From positions 226-64,225 of the forward strand of contig CASDRB010000010.1 in NCBI GenBank assembly GCA_949283025.1: 64,000 nt of DNA. The letters run 5' to 3'. The notes under the pieces were generated by a model. That model saw only the letters and a list, made by a program, of their open reading frames with translations, ran no database searches and was not told where the DNA came from. The translations under genes and the position numbers were made by a program. Shown here one piece after another: positions 21,663 through 29,883 of the stretch. The stretch's first letter is position 1. Every line of letters starts with the position of its first letter. Source of the DNA: an uncultured bacterium (lineage in GTDB: Bacteria > Bacillota_I > Bacilli_A > RFN20 > CAG-826).

Positions 21663-22517
21663 ATGAAAATTGCTGTCAGTGCTGAATCCACTATTGATTT
21701 AAGTAAGGAACAACTTAATGAGTTTAATATCCACACCATTCCATTTTTGGTAACATTAGGCGATAGATGTGCCGCTGATGGGGATATTACACCCCAAGAA
21801 ATTTTTGATTACGTTGATAAAACTAATCAGTTGCCAAGAACAAGTGCAATTAATCAATATCAATATACCGAATATTTTAAAAAATTATTAAGTAGCGGAT
21901 ATGATGCAATCATTCATATTTGTCTATCATCAAAAATTTCCAGTACATATCAAAACGCTTTTTTAGCTTCGCAAGATTTTGACAATGTCAGAGTTATTGA
22001 TTCTAGAAGTTTATCTAGTGGCATTGCATTATTGGCTATTTATGCTCGCCAATTAGTGGATGCCAATCAATTAAATTTAGATGAGATTGTCCGAAAAGTT
22101 GAACGCCGTGTTCCACATGTTCAAGCTAGTTTTGTTTTAGCAAAACTTGATTATTTATATAAAGGTGGACGTTGTTCGGCTTTGGCTCATATTGGCGCTA
22201 AAATTTTAGGAATTAGGCCCCAAATTTTAGTTGTTGATGGCGGAATGATTCCGGGCAGAAAATATCGAGGCAAAGACAATATTGTCGTAAAGAAATATTG
22301 TGAAGACACACTTGAATTGTTCAACAATATGGACAAATCAATATGCTTTGTTACCGCTACAAATTATGATAAAGAAATTTATGATTTAGCCGAAGAAATG
22401 TGCCGTAAAGCCGGATTTAAAAAGATAATAAGATGCACAGCTGGAGCGACAATTACTTCTCATTGTGGTGACCGAACGATAGGCATTTTATATTTTAATG
22501 ATGGCGGACAAGAATAA
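21663..22517 (+). CDS. DegV family fatty-acid-binding protein
   Basis: MKIAVSAESTIDLSKE... DegV/DAK2-like sequence, 284 aa. AAGGAG RBS. Confidence 0.8.
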   Translation: MKIAVSAESTIDLSKEQLNEFNIHTIPFLVTLGDRCAADGDITPQEIFDYVDKTNQLPRTSAINQYQYTEYFKKLLSSGYDAIIHICLSSKISSTYQNAFLASQDFDNVRVIDSRSLSSGIALLAIYARQLVDANQLNLDEIVRKVERRVPHVQASFVLAKLDYLYKGGRCSALAHIGAKILGIRPQILVVDGGMIPGRKYRGKDNIVVKKYCEDTLELFNNMDKSICFVTATNYDKEIYDLAEEMCRKAGFKKIIRCTAGATITSHCGDRTIGILYFNDGGQE

Positions 22518-22536
22518 ATAATGCAAAATTAATTAA

Positions 22537-22557
22537 AAGATGCACATCGTGCATCTT
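22537..22557. terminator. Bidirectional terminator between degV (+) and the XRE regulator gene (-)
   Basis: AAGATGCAC-ATC-GTGCATCTT perfect 9-bp stem flanked by A-run upstream and T-run downstream. Confidence 0.65.
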
Positions 22558-22559
22558 TT

Positions 22560-23207
22560 TTAATGTTCATCGTTATTTTTATTTTTTTTAAAAAACTTAA
22601 ATTGACTCTTTAATAAAAACCATAATATGGTCATTAGTTGCAATGGAACAGGAATTATCCACAACAATCCTAAATTTGGGAAAGGTGTCATTAATTCAAT
22701 AGGCAGATAAACAGCTAATGTCGCGCTCCAAACTAAACATGAAATAGCGATTGCCGTCAGTAATTTGTTTCCCCATAATGATGAAAAAACGATGCAAACA
22801 ATAAGGCTGGCTGGAATAGCGACAATATAAGCTAACCAGGTATATTTAGGATCGATTGAAGTAGCTGTAAAAATGAAGGTAAATAAAACATAAAACACGG
22901 TTGCTACTAAAAAAACTAATGTGGCAGATAATGCGGTGATGATTATATGTTTTAAATTTTTATTAGGCAATTTATTTGCTTTTGGTTTATCTTTAAAAAA
23001 ATCAGTTAAACTGACTCCATAAAAATCAGCAAGAGCTTTTAAAACAAAAATATCAGGGGCGCATTCTCCTCGCTCCCACTTTGATATAGCTTTGTCAGAA
23101 TAATTGAATTTTTCAGCAATATCTAATTGTGTTAATTTAGCGTTTTTTCTAAAAAATACTAGGTTTGACGCTAATATTTCTTTAAGGTTTTTTTCTTGTT
23201 TAGCCAT
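22560..23207 (-). CDS. XRE-family helix-turn-helix transcriptional regulator fused to a 4-TM membrane domain
   Basis: N-terminus LKEILASNLVFFRKNAKLTQLDIAEKFNYSDKAISKWERGECAPDIFVLKALADFYGVSLTDF is a canonical Cro/C1 HTH, followed by four hydrophobic helices. No SD. TAATAT lies 6 nt upstream of the ATG, so the mRNA may be leaderless. Confidence 0.7.
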   Translation of the reverse strand: MAKQEKNLKEILASNLVFFRKNAKLTQLDIAEKFNYSDKAISKWERGECAPDIFVLKALADFYGVSLTDFFKDKPKANKLPNKNLKHIIITALSATLVFLVATVFYVLFTFIFTATSIDPKYTWLAYIVAIPASLIVCIVFSSLWGNKLLTAIAISCLVWSATLAVYLPIELMTPFPNLGLLWIIPVPLQLMTILWFLLKSQFKFFKKNKNNDEH

Positions 23208-23327
23208 AAAAATATATTAATTGATTTTTTCATAATTTTAAAGATACAAAGTTTTGTTGTGCGCTCATGCTTATTTTTTTTATAAATATATGACACTGTT
23301 TAAATAATGATGTTTTTTTATTAATAA

Positions 23328-23356
23328 TAAACATAACTTATGATAAATTATGTTTA
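23328..23356. promoter_or_regulatory. Perfect 9-bp inverted repeat TAAACATAA-N11-TTATGTTTA in the divergent XRE/peptide promoter region (candidate operator)
   Basis: Read directly from the sequence. Located between the XRE gene start (23207) and the acidic-peptide gene (23417). Confidence 0.3.
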
Positions 23357-23416
23357 ATGAAATTTAACCGAATAATACGGTATGTAAATTTTATTTTTTA
23401 GCGAGGCGGTGTTTTT

Positions 23417-23536
23417 ATGAATCCAAACGATATCATTATTGATGAAGAAGAACAAATTCAAATTTTAGATGCCTTGTTAGATGATCAAGACGAAGATATT
23501 GATGAAAACAATCAAATTTTAGAAATCACTTTATAA
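23417..23536 (+). CDS. Small highly acidic peptide (39 aa: MNPNDIIIDEEEQIQILDALLDDQDEDIDENNQILEITL)
   Basis: Not in the ORF track because it is under 60 aa. GAGGCGG RBS 9 nt upstream. An in-frame TAG immediately upstream fixes the start. 15/39 residues are D/E. Confidence 0.4.
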   Translation: MNPNDIIIDEEEQIQILDALLDDQDEDIDENNQILEITL

Positions 23537-23654
23537 ATTTCAAAGATATTATTAATAATTATAGTTTTGCTATATTTTTTTTGTGCTTTTAAAAATTGCT
23601 TCATTTAATTAATATAATTATAGTATTTATACTTTTTTATAGGAGTTTAAATAT

Positions 23655-25049
23655 ATGTTTCAGAAATTAAAAGATTATAGTGAGATATTATCGTTTTTTA
23701 TACTTGAAGTCTTGGCTTTTGTTTCTTTTACTTTAGGAAATTCTTTGCTCATTTATTTCTTGTTTGGTATTTTGGCGTTTTTATTTGTTTTAATTTTAAA
23801 TTTTTCAAAGATTAAAGAATTAGATTGGATGCGCTATTTATTGTTTTTGATTCCCTTTATCATTTTTGCTATTTTGAGTGGATTTTCTCGCTTCAATCTT
23901 ATAAATAATTCACTATTAACTAATTTTTTAGTTTGTTTTTCTTTATTATTATTTTTAACCCTTGGTTTTTTGAGCCAAACAATTGAAGGATTTAAATTAT
24001 CGGCTGCCATGTTGGTTATTTATGGTGGCATTGCTATTTTAGTTTCAATCTCTTTAATTTATACAATGATTCGATATGTTCCGTTTTATCCATTAATTTA
24101 TGCAGGCAAATATTATTATTACGAAGGGGAAAGAGTGCTAATCGGTGAAAGTGTTAAAATGCTAGTTGGATTTAGCTTTGCCGATATTAAAATCGAATAT
24201 TTTCAATTATTTGCCAATTTATTGTTTACCTCTATTGTTGGTTTAAAATTTATTTCATATAAAAAAGAAACAAAAAAATTTATCATTTATTGCCTATATG
24301 CCTTAATAGGTTTTTTAAGCATGATTTTCACGATGAATAAATTGACGATTCTATTAGATATTTTAGTAATATTGTCGCTATTATTTATCTTGTTTATTCC
24401 TAAGAAAAGAAAAATATTAATGCCTATTTTTTATTGTGTGGTTAGCGTTATTGGGGTTGGTTTTATCATCTTCTTTTTAAATGCCCAAAGTTCTTGGGAG
24501 GCAACGCAAGGATTGAGAAATTTAATTTCTTCTAATGCTATTTTAAATAAATTATTTAATGCCAATCGAATATCTGCACCAATAATTCAAACTTTAAATG
24601 GCTGTTTAAATGGTTTAAATTTATTTGGCTTTAATTATGCGATTAGTCAAATTGGTGTCAGCAACAATCCTTTAACAAGTAGTTTGCCAGCAAATAGTTG
24701 GCTTTTTGATACTATTTTATATAATGGATTTTTTGCAGCTGTATGCTTAATTGTTTTTGTTGTTTTTGTTTTTAAACAAGCGATTAAGTATTTTAATTCG
24801 GAACACGATGATATTTTAACAAGACATTGCGTTGTAAGTTTTGTTTTGATATTTTTCGTTTTCGGTTTGTTTGGATTATCAACTCAACCTTATCAACATT
24901 TTTCTAATTTAATTCCGCTTCAACAAAACGCCATGTTTTTAATTGTCTTGTTTTTGGTTGGGAGAATTTGTTTTGTTAATTTCAAATCAGTACAAAACGA
25001 TATTAGTGATAAACAAAATGAAATAGTGGAGGAAAATGTTAATGGTTAG
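23655..25049 (+). CDS. Polytopic membrane protein, Wzy/O-antigen-ligase-like (putative glycopolymer polymerase/ligase)
   Basis: 464 aa, at least 10 predicted TM helices with a larger loop in the C-terminal half. AGGAG RBS. Assignment is by topology only. Confidence 0.4.
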   Translation: MFQKLKDYSEILSFFILEVLAFVSFTLGNSLLIYFLFGILAFLFVLILNFSKIKELDWMRYLLFLIPFIIFAILSGFSRFNLINNSLLTNFLVCFSLLLFLTLGFLSQTIEGFKLSAAMLVIYGGIAILVSISLIYTMIRYVPFYPLIYAGKYYYYEGERVLIGESVKMLVGFSFADIKIEYFQLFANLLFTSIVGLKFISYKKETKKFIIYCLYALIGFLSMIFTMNKLTILLDILVILSLLFILFIPKKRKILMPIFYCVVSVIGVGFIIFFLNAQSSWEATQGLRNLISSNAILNKLFNANRISAPIIQTLNGCLNGLNLFGFNYAISQIGVSNNPLTSSLPANSWLFDTILYNGFFAAVCLIVFVVFVFKQAIKYFNSEHDDILTRHCVVSFVLIFFVFGLFGLSTQPYQHFSNLIPLQQNAMFLIVLFLVGRICFVNFKSVQNDISDKQNEIVEENVNG

Positions 25050-25920
25050 GACAAATATTTTTAAAAGCCTAGCTATTTTAGCTGTGCTAACTAGCGTTTC
25101 ATCTTGCGGTTTAGATTTAAAAGAATTATACGAAGCAGACGGATATAACAGTCCAGTATTTAATGAAAATTATTATCGTATTTATCCTGATTCGATTAAT
25201 CCGGACAACGCTAATAACTCTATTCAAAGCGAAAAAACGGTTTTGTTAGATGAAAATCAAATTGCTACTACATATCAAGAAGCAACAAATAAAATGTTTG
25301 ATTTAGATATGCTTAATTTGGACTATAGTACCGATAGCAAGGACGAAAAATATATTGGTGTTGGGTATGGTCCAACAAAAAAGATGAATTCCATTGATGA
25401 CATTTTCAAATATGGATATATTTCTAAATTATTTGATGGTCAAATGTTTTGCAATGCAAAATATGAACTTGTTAGGGTTCAATTAGATGAGCGAGGATTC
25501 GGGGTCATGTTTGATAAAGAAATTGTGACATATGATTACTTTGCCATCAATTTTAAAGTGGTGGTCAACGATCCCAATGATCAAATTCCTTTGCATACGC
25601 CACATCTTTCCTCAATTAAATTAAATGTTCATTTTTATGTAAAAGATAATGGAAAATATAATAAAATCTCTACATCACACGTGATTGAAAATATGTTGAC
25701 AAATGGCATTGAAATGAATAGCAATATGCCTAGCGGGCCATATGTTTTTTATGCATTAAATTTAAAAATGATGCCAGAATTAGATTTAACAAGATGCTGC
25801 GGATTTTCAGTTGATTATGAACTTATTAATGATGAGATATTCAATCAATACCCACAGCAAGATTTAAGTTATGCTGTTTTGCTTTATGAAGTTTTGTTCC
25901 CAAATTCTACTTGGCGTTAA
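25036..25920 (+). CDS. Lipoprotein, function unknown
   Basis: Signal peptide + lipobox LTSVSSC. Overlaps the end of the upstream gene (translational coupling). Confidence 0.6.
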   Translation: MLMVRTNIFKSLAILAVLTSVSSCGLDLKELYEADGYNSPVFNENYYRIYPDSINPDNANNSIQSEKTVLLDENQIATTYQEATNKMFDLDMLNLDYSTDSKDEKYIGVGYGPTKKMNSIDDIFKYGYISKLFDGQMFCNAKYELVRVQLDERGFGVMFDKEIVTYDYFAINFKVVVNDPNDQIPLHTPHLSSIKLNVHFYVKDNGKYNKISTSHVIENMLTNGIEMNSNMPSGPYVFYALNLKMMPELDLTRCCGFSVDYELINDEIFNQYPQQDLSYAVLLYEVLFPNSTWR

Positions 25921-26830
25921 TATAATCGTTTATATCTAGCCATTTGCCTATTTCAAAATCAGCTTGATCATCGTCAAAAATCAATGTACCCTTTGCAGGT
26001 GTAAAAGTCATTTCTGAAAAATAAATTTTTCCATCGATAGAATATAAATCAATCCTTACAAAAGGAAAAGGTTTTGCTAAACGTTGAGCAATATCAATTT
26101 GTTGGTTCCAATTTGAAGGAGGAATCAATTCTTTTTCCGTTTTTGTCCAGCCATTAAATTGAGCGCCATCAAACGGAGTCCAATCTATGTAATAATTGTT
26201 GTACCTAATGTCGCTTCCTCGACCAGTGACAACATACATATATTTTGCTTTACCGTTAAATACATGAATTTTATATTCAGTTGGGAACTTGCCTAGATAT
26301 TTTTCAATTATTATCTGCGGTTTTATTTTACTATAATGCAATTCGACAGTTTTTTTGCCATAATTTGTTTTTAACCAACGATTAAATTTCTTTTTTAATT
26401 GTTTATAATCTATTGATTTTTTATCTAAACAAATATAATTAAAGGCACAAGCATGAGAACATTTCATCACGAATTGATTTGGAAGTTTTTCAAAGTCAAT
26501 TTCTTCAAATGTATCATAGATACCATAAATAGGAATCAATATGTTTTCCAGCCTTAAATCTTTGACATATTGCCTTACTCCGACCCGGCCAGCACAAGTA
26601 CTGACTAATGGGATGAAAGGATATACTTTCAATCTTAAATATTGAAGTTTTTCAGTGTATCTTATCGGTTGTTTTAAATTCAAATGATGATGGGTAATAT
26701 AATAATATTGGTATTTTACATAAGCAGTTTTTGATATAAATTTTACGACATTGCGAAAAGGATTAACTAACATCCTTTTTAATTTGTTTTCATGCAAATT
26801 TTTTGAAAGCATACAAATAGTATACAACAA
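25907..26830 (-). CDS. ATP-grasp enzyme of the TupA-like (teichuronopeptide-biosynthesis-type) family
   Basis: Matches the TupA-like ATP-grasp pattern as I recall it: ...EKLQYLRL..Y...IPIYGIYDTFEEIDFEKLPNQFVMKCSH...IKPQIIIEKY...YKIHVFNGKAKYMYV...PFVRIDLYSIDGKIYFSEMTF.... Confidence 0.65.
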   Translation of the reverse strand: MLYTICMLSKNLHENKLKRMLVNPFRNVVKFISKTAYVKYQYYYITHHHLNLKQPIRYTEKLQYLRLKVYPFIPLVSTCAGRVGVRQYVKDLRLENILIPIYGIYDTFEEIDFEKLPNQFVMKCSHACAFNYICLDKKSIDYKQLKKKFNRWLKTNYGKKTVELHYSKIKPQIIIEKYLGKFPTEYKIHVFNGKAKYMYVVTGRGSDIRYNNYYIDWTPFDGAQFNGWTKTEKELIPPSNWNQQIDIAQRLAKPFPFVRIDLYSIDGKIYFSEMTFTPAKGTLIFDDDQADFEIGKWLDINDYINAK

Positions 26831-26857
26831 ATTAATTTATTTTGTGTTAAACTATTG

Positions 26858-27238
26858 ATGTTTATGAAGCAAGCATTAAAATCTAAAAAAGTTTATATAA
26901 TTAGTGGGGTATTGTTATTTTTAGGTTTGTTGCCTTTTATTATCGCAATAATTATTTATTATGCTAGTTCCCCACAAGCATGTTTTGAAGGTTATCCATG
27001 GGTTATTTGGGGATTATTGTCATTTTATTTTTTAATCGGATTTATATGGGGCGATCTACATGTTGCTACATATCGCAAAAAACAAAAAAACTACGATGGA
27101 GCACTTCCAGATGAAATTAAATCAAGTGCCTGGAAAAGACGTTTGCCATTTTGGTTTGCTTCCGGTGGTTTATTAATTTTAGCTATCATTTTAGAAATTT
27201 ATTGTGCAATAATGGCCACCTATCCATTCATTATTTAA
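26858..27238 (+). CDS. Small membrane protein (about 126 aa, 3-4 TM), unknown function
   Basis: Hydrophobic helices. The track start at 26855 is TTG. ATG at 26858 or 26864. Divergent from the ATP-grasp gene. Confidence 0.4.
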   Translation: MFMKQALKSKKVYIISGVLLFLGLLPFIIAIIIYYASSPQACFEGYPWVIWGLLSFYFLIGFIWGDLHVATYRKKQKNYDGALPDEIKSSAWKRRLPFWFASGGLLILAIILEIYCAIMATYPFII

Positions 27239-27247
27239 TTGCGTACT

Positions 27248-27287
27248 AGTGCGCGAAAGCGCCTATCGTATGCGTTCATTCGCGCAC
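27248..27287. promoter_or_regulatory. GC-rich inverted repeat / structured element (GTGCGCGAA-N21-TTCGCGCAC, containing a GCGC-GAAA-GCGC tetraloop hairpin)
   Basis: Seen directly. An island of roughly 55% GC in otherwise roughly 25% GC intergenic DNA, about 95 nt upstream of oppA. No U-tract follows. Confidence 0.35.
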
Positions 27288-27381
27288 AAATATAAACGTC
27301 CAAAAATTAAAAAAGTTGTTTTTTATTTTTTCTTGGTGTATCTTAATACCATTCATTCATAAATGAAAGGAGGACACGAGA

Positions 27382-29796
27382 ATGAAAAAGAAACTACTTC
27401 TAAAAGCTGGTTTACTCTTAAGTGCCGTTGTTCTTGCTGGTTGTAATGGTGGTTCTAAACTAGGAGAAAATGAATTTAGAGTTCCTACTGAAGGACATCC
27501 ATTTTCTGATTATTTCCCAGGTGAAGTAGCCAAAAAGACTTACAATGCTTTTTTAGCTACTGCAATTACTGAACCATTGAATTATTTGACTTCTCAAGCT
27601 GGTAATTTAGCATCTCATTGGGCAAACTTTGTCGATGGCTTATTGCTTCAAAATGAATTTGGCTCTTTGAATAAACAGCTTGCCGTTAGTGCTACTCAAG
27701 AAAACGATTATAAAAACTTCACTTTCGGTGTTAAAACTGGCGTCAAATGGGTTAAATGGGATGGAACCCAATATAACGCAACCATCAATGGACAATCTGT
27801 TCCACAATATGTTAGTGCTACCGACTTTTTAACTAGCGCTAAAACAGTTTTAAGTTATCAAAATCACTCTGAAACTTATTACTTATTAACCAACTTTATT
27901 GAAGGTGCAATGGAGTATTATCAATACACCTATTTAAATTACATGTCAATTACTGGTGGTGCTGAATGGACACAATACAACAATCCTACCAATTTTGCAC
28001 GTAAATTAAATGAATTGATTGAAGATGCAACTGGTGAACCATCTAGTGTCACTGTTTCAGACTTAGACGCTATTGCTAATTTCTCAAGAGTTGGTGTAAA
28101 GGTTGTTGAAGAGCCAACAACTGTCGGTGGTGGAAAAATTCAATATACTTTAAAAAATTCTGCCTTCTATTTCCCAACTTTATTGACCTATTCTTGCTAT
28201 TTACCTGTTAATTCTTATTTCTTAGATGAAATCAGAGCTTCCAATTTGGGTAATGGTAAAGAAAATTTATTGTACTGCGGTCCATTTACTTTAGCCGCTA
28301 GCGATACATATAGTGTCGTTTATACTAAAAACCAATCCTATCATGAGGCCGACAATGTTTTTGTTGATCGTATCAACTATACTATTTTAGGCCAAGACGA
28401 AGATATTGATATCGCTCGTACACGTTACGAAGAAGGATATGTCGACGGCTTCTCTTTGAGTGAAAAGGATATTGAAGGTTGGAAAAAATATGTCACTGGT
28501 CCAGATGGAACTGGTACCATTGAAAATCCATATGATCCATCTGTCAACTCAAGAGATTATGACTACATTGATTATGTTTATGGATTACATTTAAATATTA
28601 ATCGTGTTAGCAATTCCACTAACGGTCGTACCGCTAGCACATCTTATGCTAAATCTAAAGGCGGTTCATTAGACGCCATCAAAAATGCTGAAAAAGCTTT
28701 AAGATTAGATGCGGTTCGTGAATTGTTGATTCAAGCATTTGACCTATATACTTATTCTGAAGTTTATAGTGCGACAGAAGAATTGCGTGGTCAATACACG
28801 ATGAATACATATGTTCCAAGAGGATTTGTTTCCGACCAATTTGGTAAAGATTACACTACTACTCACTATTATGAAGTGTATGCTGAACATAAAGGCATTA
28901 CAGTAGAAGAAGCTGCTACTATTTTGGAACAAGGACAATTTGAAAATATCATGTTGCCTGATGAAGATCCAGAATTGACAACTTTACGTAACAACGCTTT
29001 AAAAGCAATTGAAGTTTTCAACACTACTGTTGCTGCTGACGATAGTGAAAAAATTACCTTGCCAATTCAATTTGAATATTATTCAATTTGGCAAGATGAA
29101 ACAACAAGAATGTATGATACTAATACCATTAACAAATACAATCAAAGATTAAATGGTATGTATGATACAGTCGACTTCACAACTTCTACTCCTGGTGTAA
29201 GTTTTGTTGTTATTCCAACCGCTGATGTTACTTCTTCAAGTTATGAACAAGTCAGCAATGGTGGTAACTTCGATATTTCATCCACTTGGGGTTGGGGTCC
29301 AGACTACGGCGATCCAATGTCATATATGAACACATTTAAAAAACATGGTGACTGGTCAAGCATCTTTGGTTATGTCAATGAAGACGTCGGTACAAATGGT
29401 GATGACAATGTTTCATATAAATTAAATGGCAACTCATTAAGTTCATATGACTTGTTGGATGAATATACCGCTTTAGTCAATACAGCAAATAGCGAATACG
29501 AAAATATTTCTGAACGTTATAACTTATTTGCTGAAGCTGAATACATGTTATTAAACGAATTGCATATTTTCAGACCATTAACTATGACAGGTCAAGGTCG
29601 TGGATTATCTATTTCTAGAGCTGCTGGTTATCTTAGCCCATCGGGTTCTTATGGTTTAGCAAAAGACCGTCTTGATGGATTACTAGTATTAAAAGAAACT
29701 ATTTCTGGCGATACTCGTAAAAAATGTACAACTACATATGAGGCTAAAAAGGCTGCTTATCTAGATAAATATGGTTCTATGTACATCTATGACTAA
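27382..29796 (+). CDS. oppA: Oligopeptide ABC transporter substrate-binding lipoprotein (OppA-like, large Mollicutes-type)
   Basis: Lipobox LLSAVVLAGC. 804 aa. First gene of an oppBCDF operon. AAGGAGG RBS. Confidence 0.75.
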   Translation: MKKKLLLKAGLLLSAVVLAGCNGGSKLGENEFRVPTEGHPFSDYFPGEVAKKTYNAFLATAITEPLNYLTSQAGNLASHWANFVDGLLLQNEFGSLNKQLAVSATQENDYKNFTFGVKTGVKWVKWDGTQYNATINGQSVPQYVSATDFLTSAKTVLSYQNHSETYYLLTNFIEGAMEYYQYTYLNYMSITGGAEWTQYNNPTNFARKLNELIEDATGEPSSVTVSDLDAIANFSRVGVKVVEEPTTVGGGKIQYTLKNSAFYFPTLLTYSCYLPVNSYFLDEIRASNLGNGKENLLYCGPFTLAASDTYSVVYTKNQSYHEADNVFVDRINYTILGQDEDIDIARTRYEEGYVDGFSLSEKDIEGWKKYVTGPDGTGTIENPYDPSVNSRDYDYIDYVYGLHLNINRVSNSTNGRTASTSYAKSKGGSLDAIKNAEKALRLDAVRELLIQAFDLYTYSEVYSATEELRGQYTMNTYVPRGFVSDQFGKDYTTTHYYEVYAEHKGITVEEAATILEQGQFENIMLPDEDPELTTLRNNALKAIEVFNTTVAADDSEKITLPIQFEYYSIWQDETTRMYDTNTINKYNQRLNGMYDTVDFTTSTPGVSFVVIPTADVTSSSYEQVSNGGNFDISSTWGWGPDYGDPMSYMNTFKKHGDWSSIFGYVNEDVGTNGDDNVSYKLNGNSLSSYDLLDEYTALVNTANSEYENISERYNLFAEAEYMLLNELHIFRPLTMTGQGRGLSISRAAGYLSPSGSYGLAKDRLDGLLVLKETISGDTRKKCTTTYEAKKAAYLDKYGSMYIYD

Positions 29797-29831
29797 TTGT
29801 TAAAGTTTAAACTTTAATTTTGTAACAAATT

Positions 29832-29854
29832 AGGGTTGGGGTTATCCCCGCCCT
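29832..29854 (+). promoter_or_regulatory. Intercistronic GC-rich stem-loop (AGGGTTGGGG-TTAT-CCCCGCCCT) between oppA and oppB, likely attenuator/mRNA-stability element
   Basis: Seen directly. Preceded by the perfect palindrome TTAAAGTTTAAACTTTAA (29800-29817) and followed by ATTTGTTG. Confidence 0.45.
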
Positions 29855-29883
29855 ATTTGTTGCATTTAAGGAAAGGAGAAAAT

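Noticed and set aside
23271-23282. Homopolymeric T/A tracts (for example T7-T8 runs in intergenic regions; A7 at 7014-7020 in ftsH)
   Set aside because: Such runs are expected at this base composition. None sits in a position (5' coding region of a surface gene, or promoter spacer) that would suggest slipped-strand phase variation.
29836-29883. Upstream extensions of track ORFs beginning at TTG/GTG or early ATG (oppB 29836, asnS 48747, rlmH 17600, pth 1321, gatC 57494, gatB 59246, galE 60684, rpsF 11788, dnaB 15431, Trx-like lipoprotein 52613)
   Set aside because: In each case a downstream ATG with a well-spaced AGGAGG-like SD gives a protein whose N-terminus matches the family. The extensions overlap RBSs, hairpins or the upstream gene.
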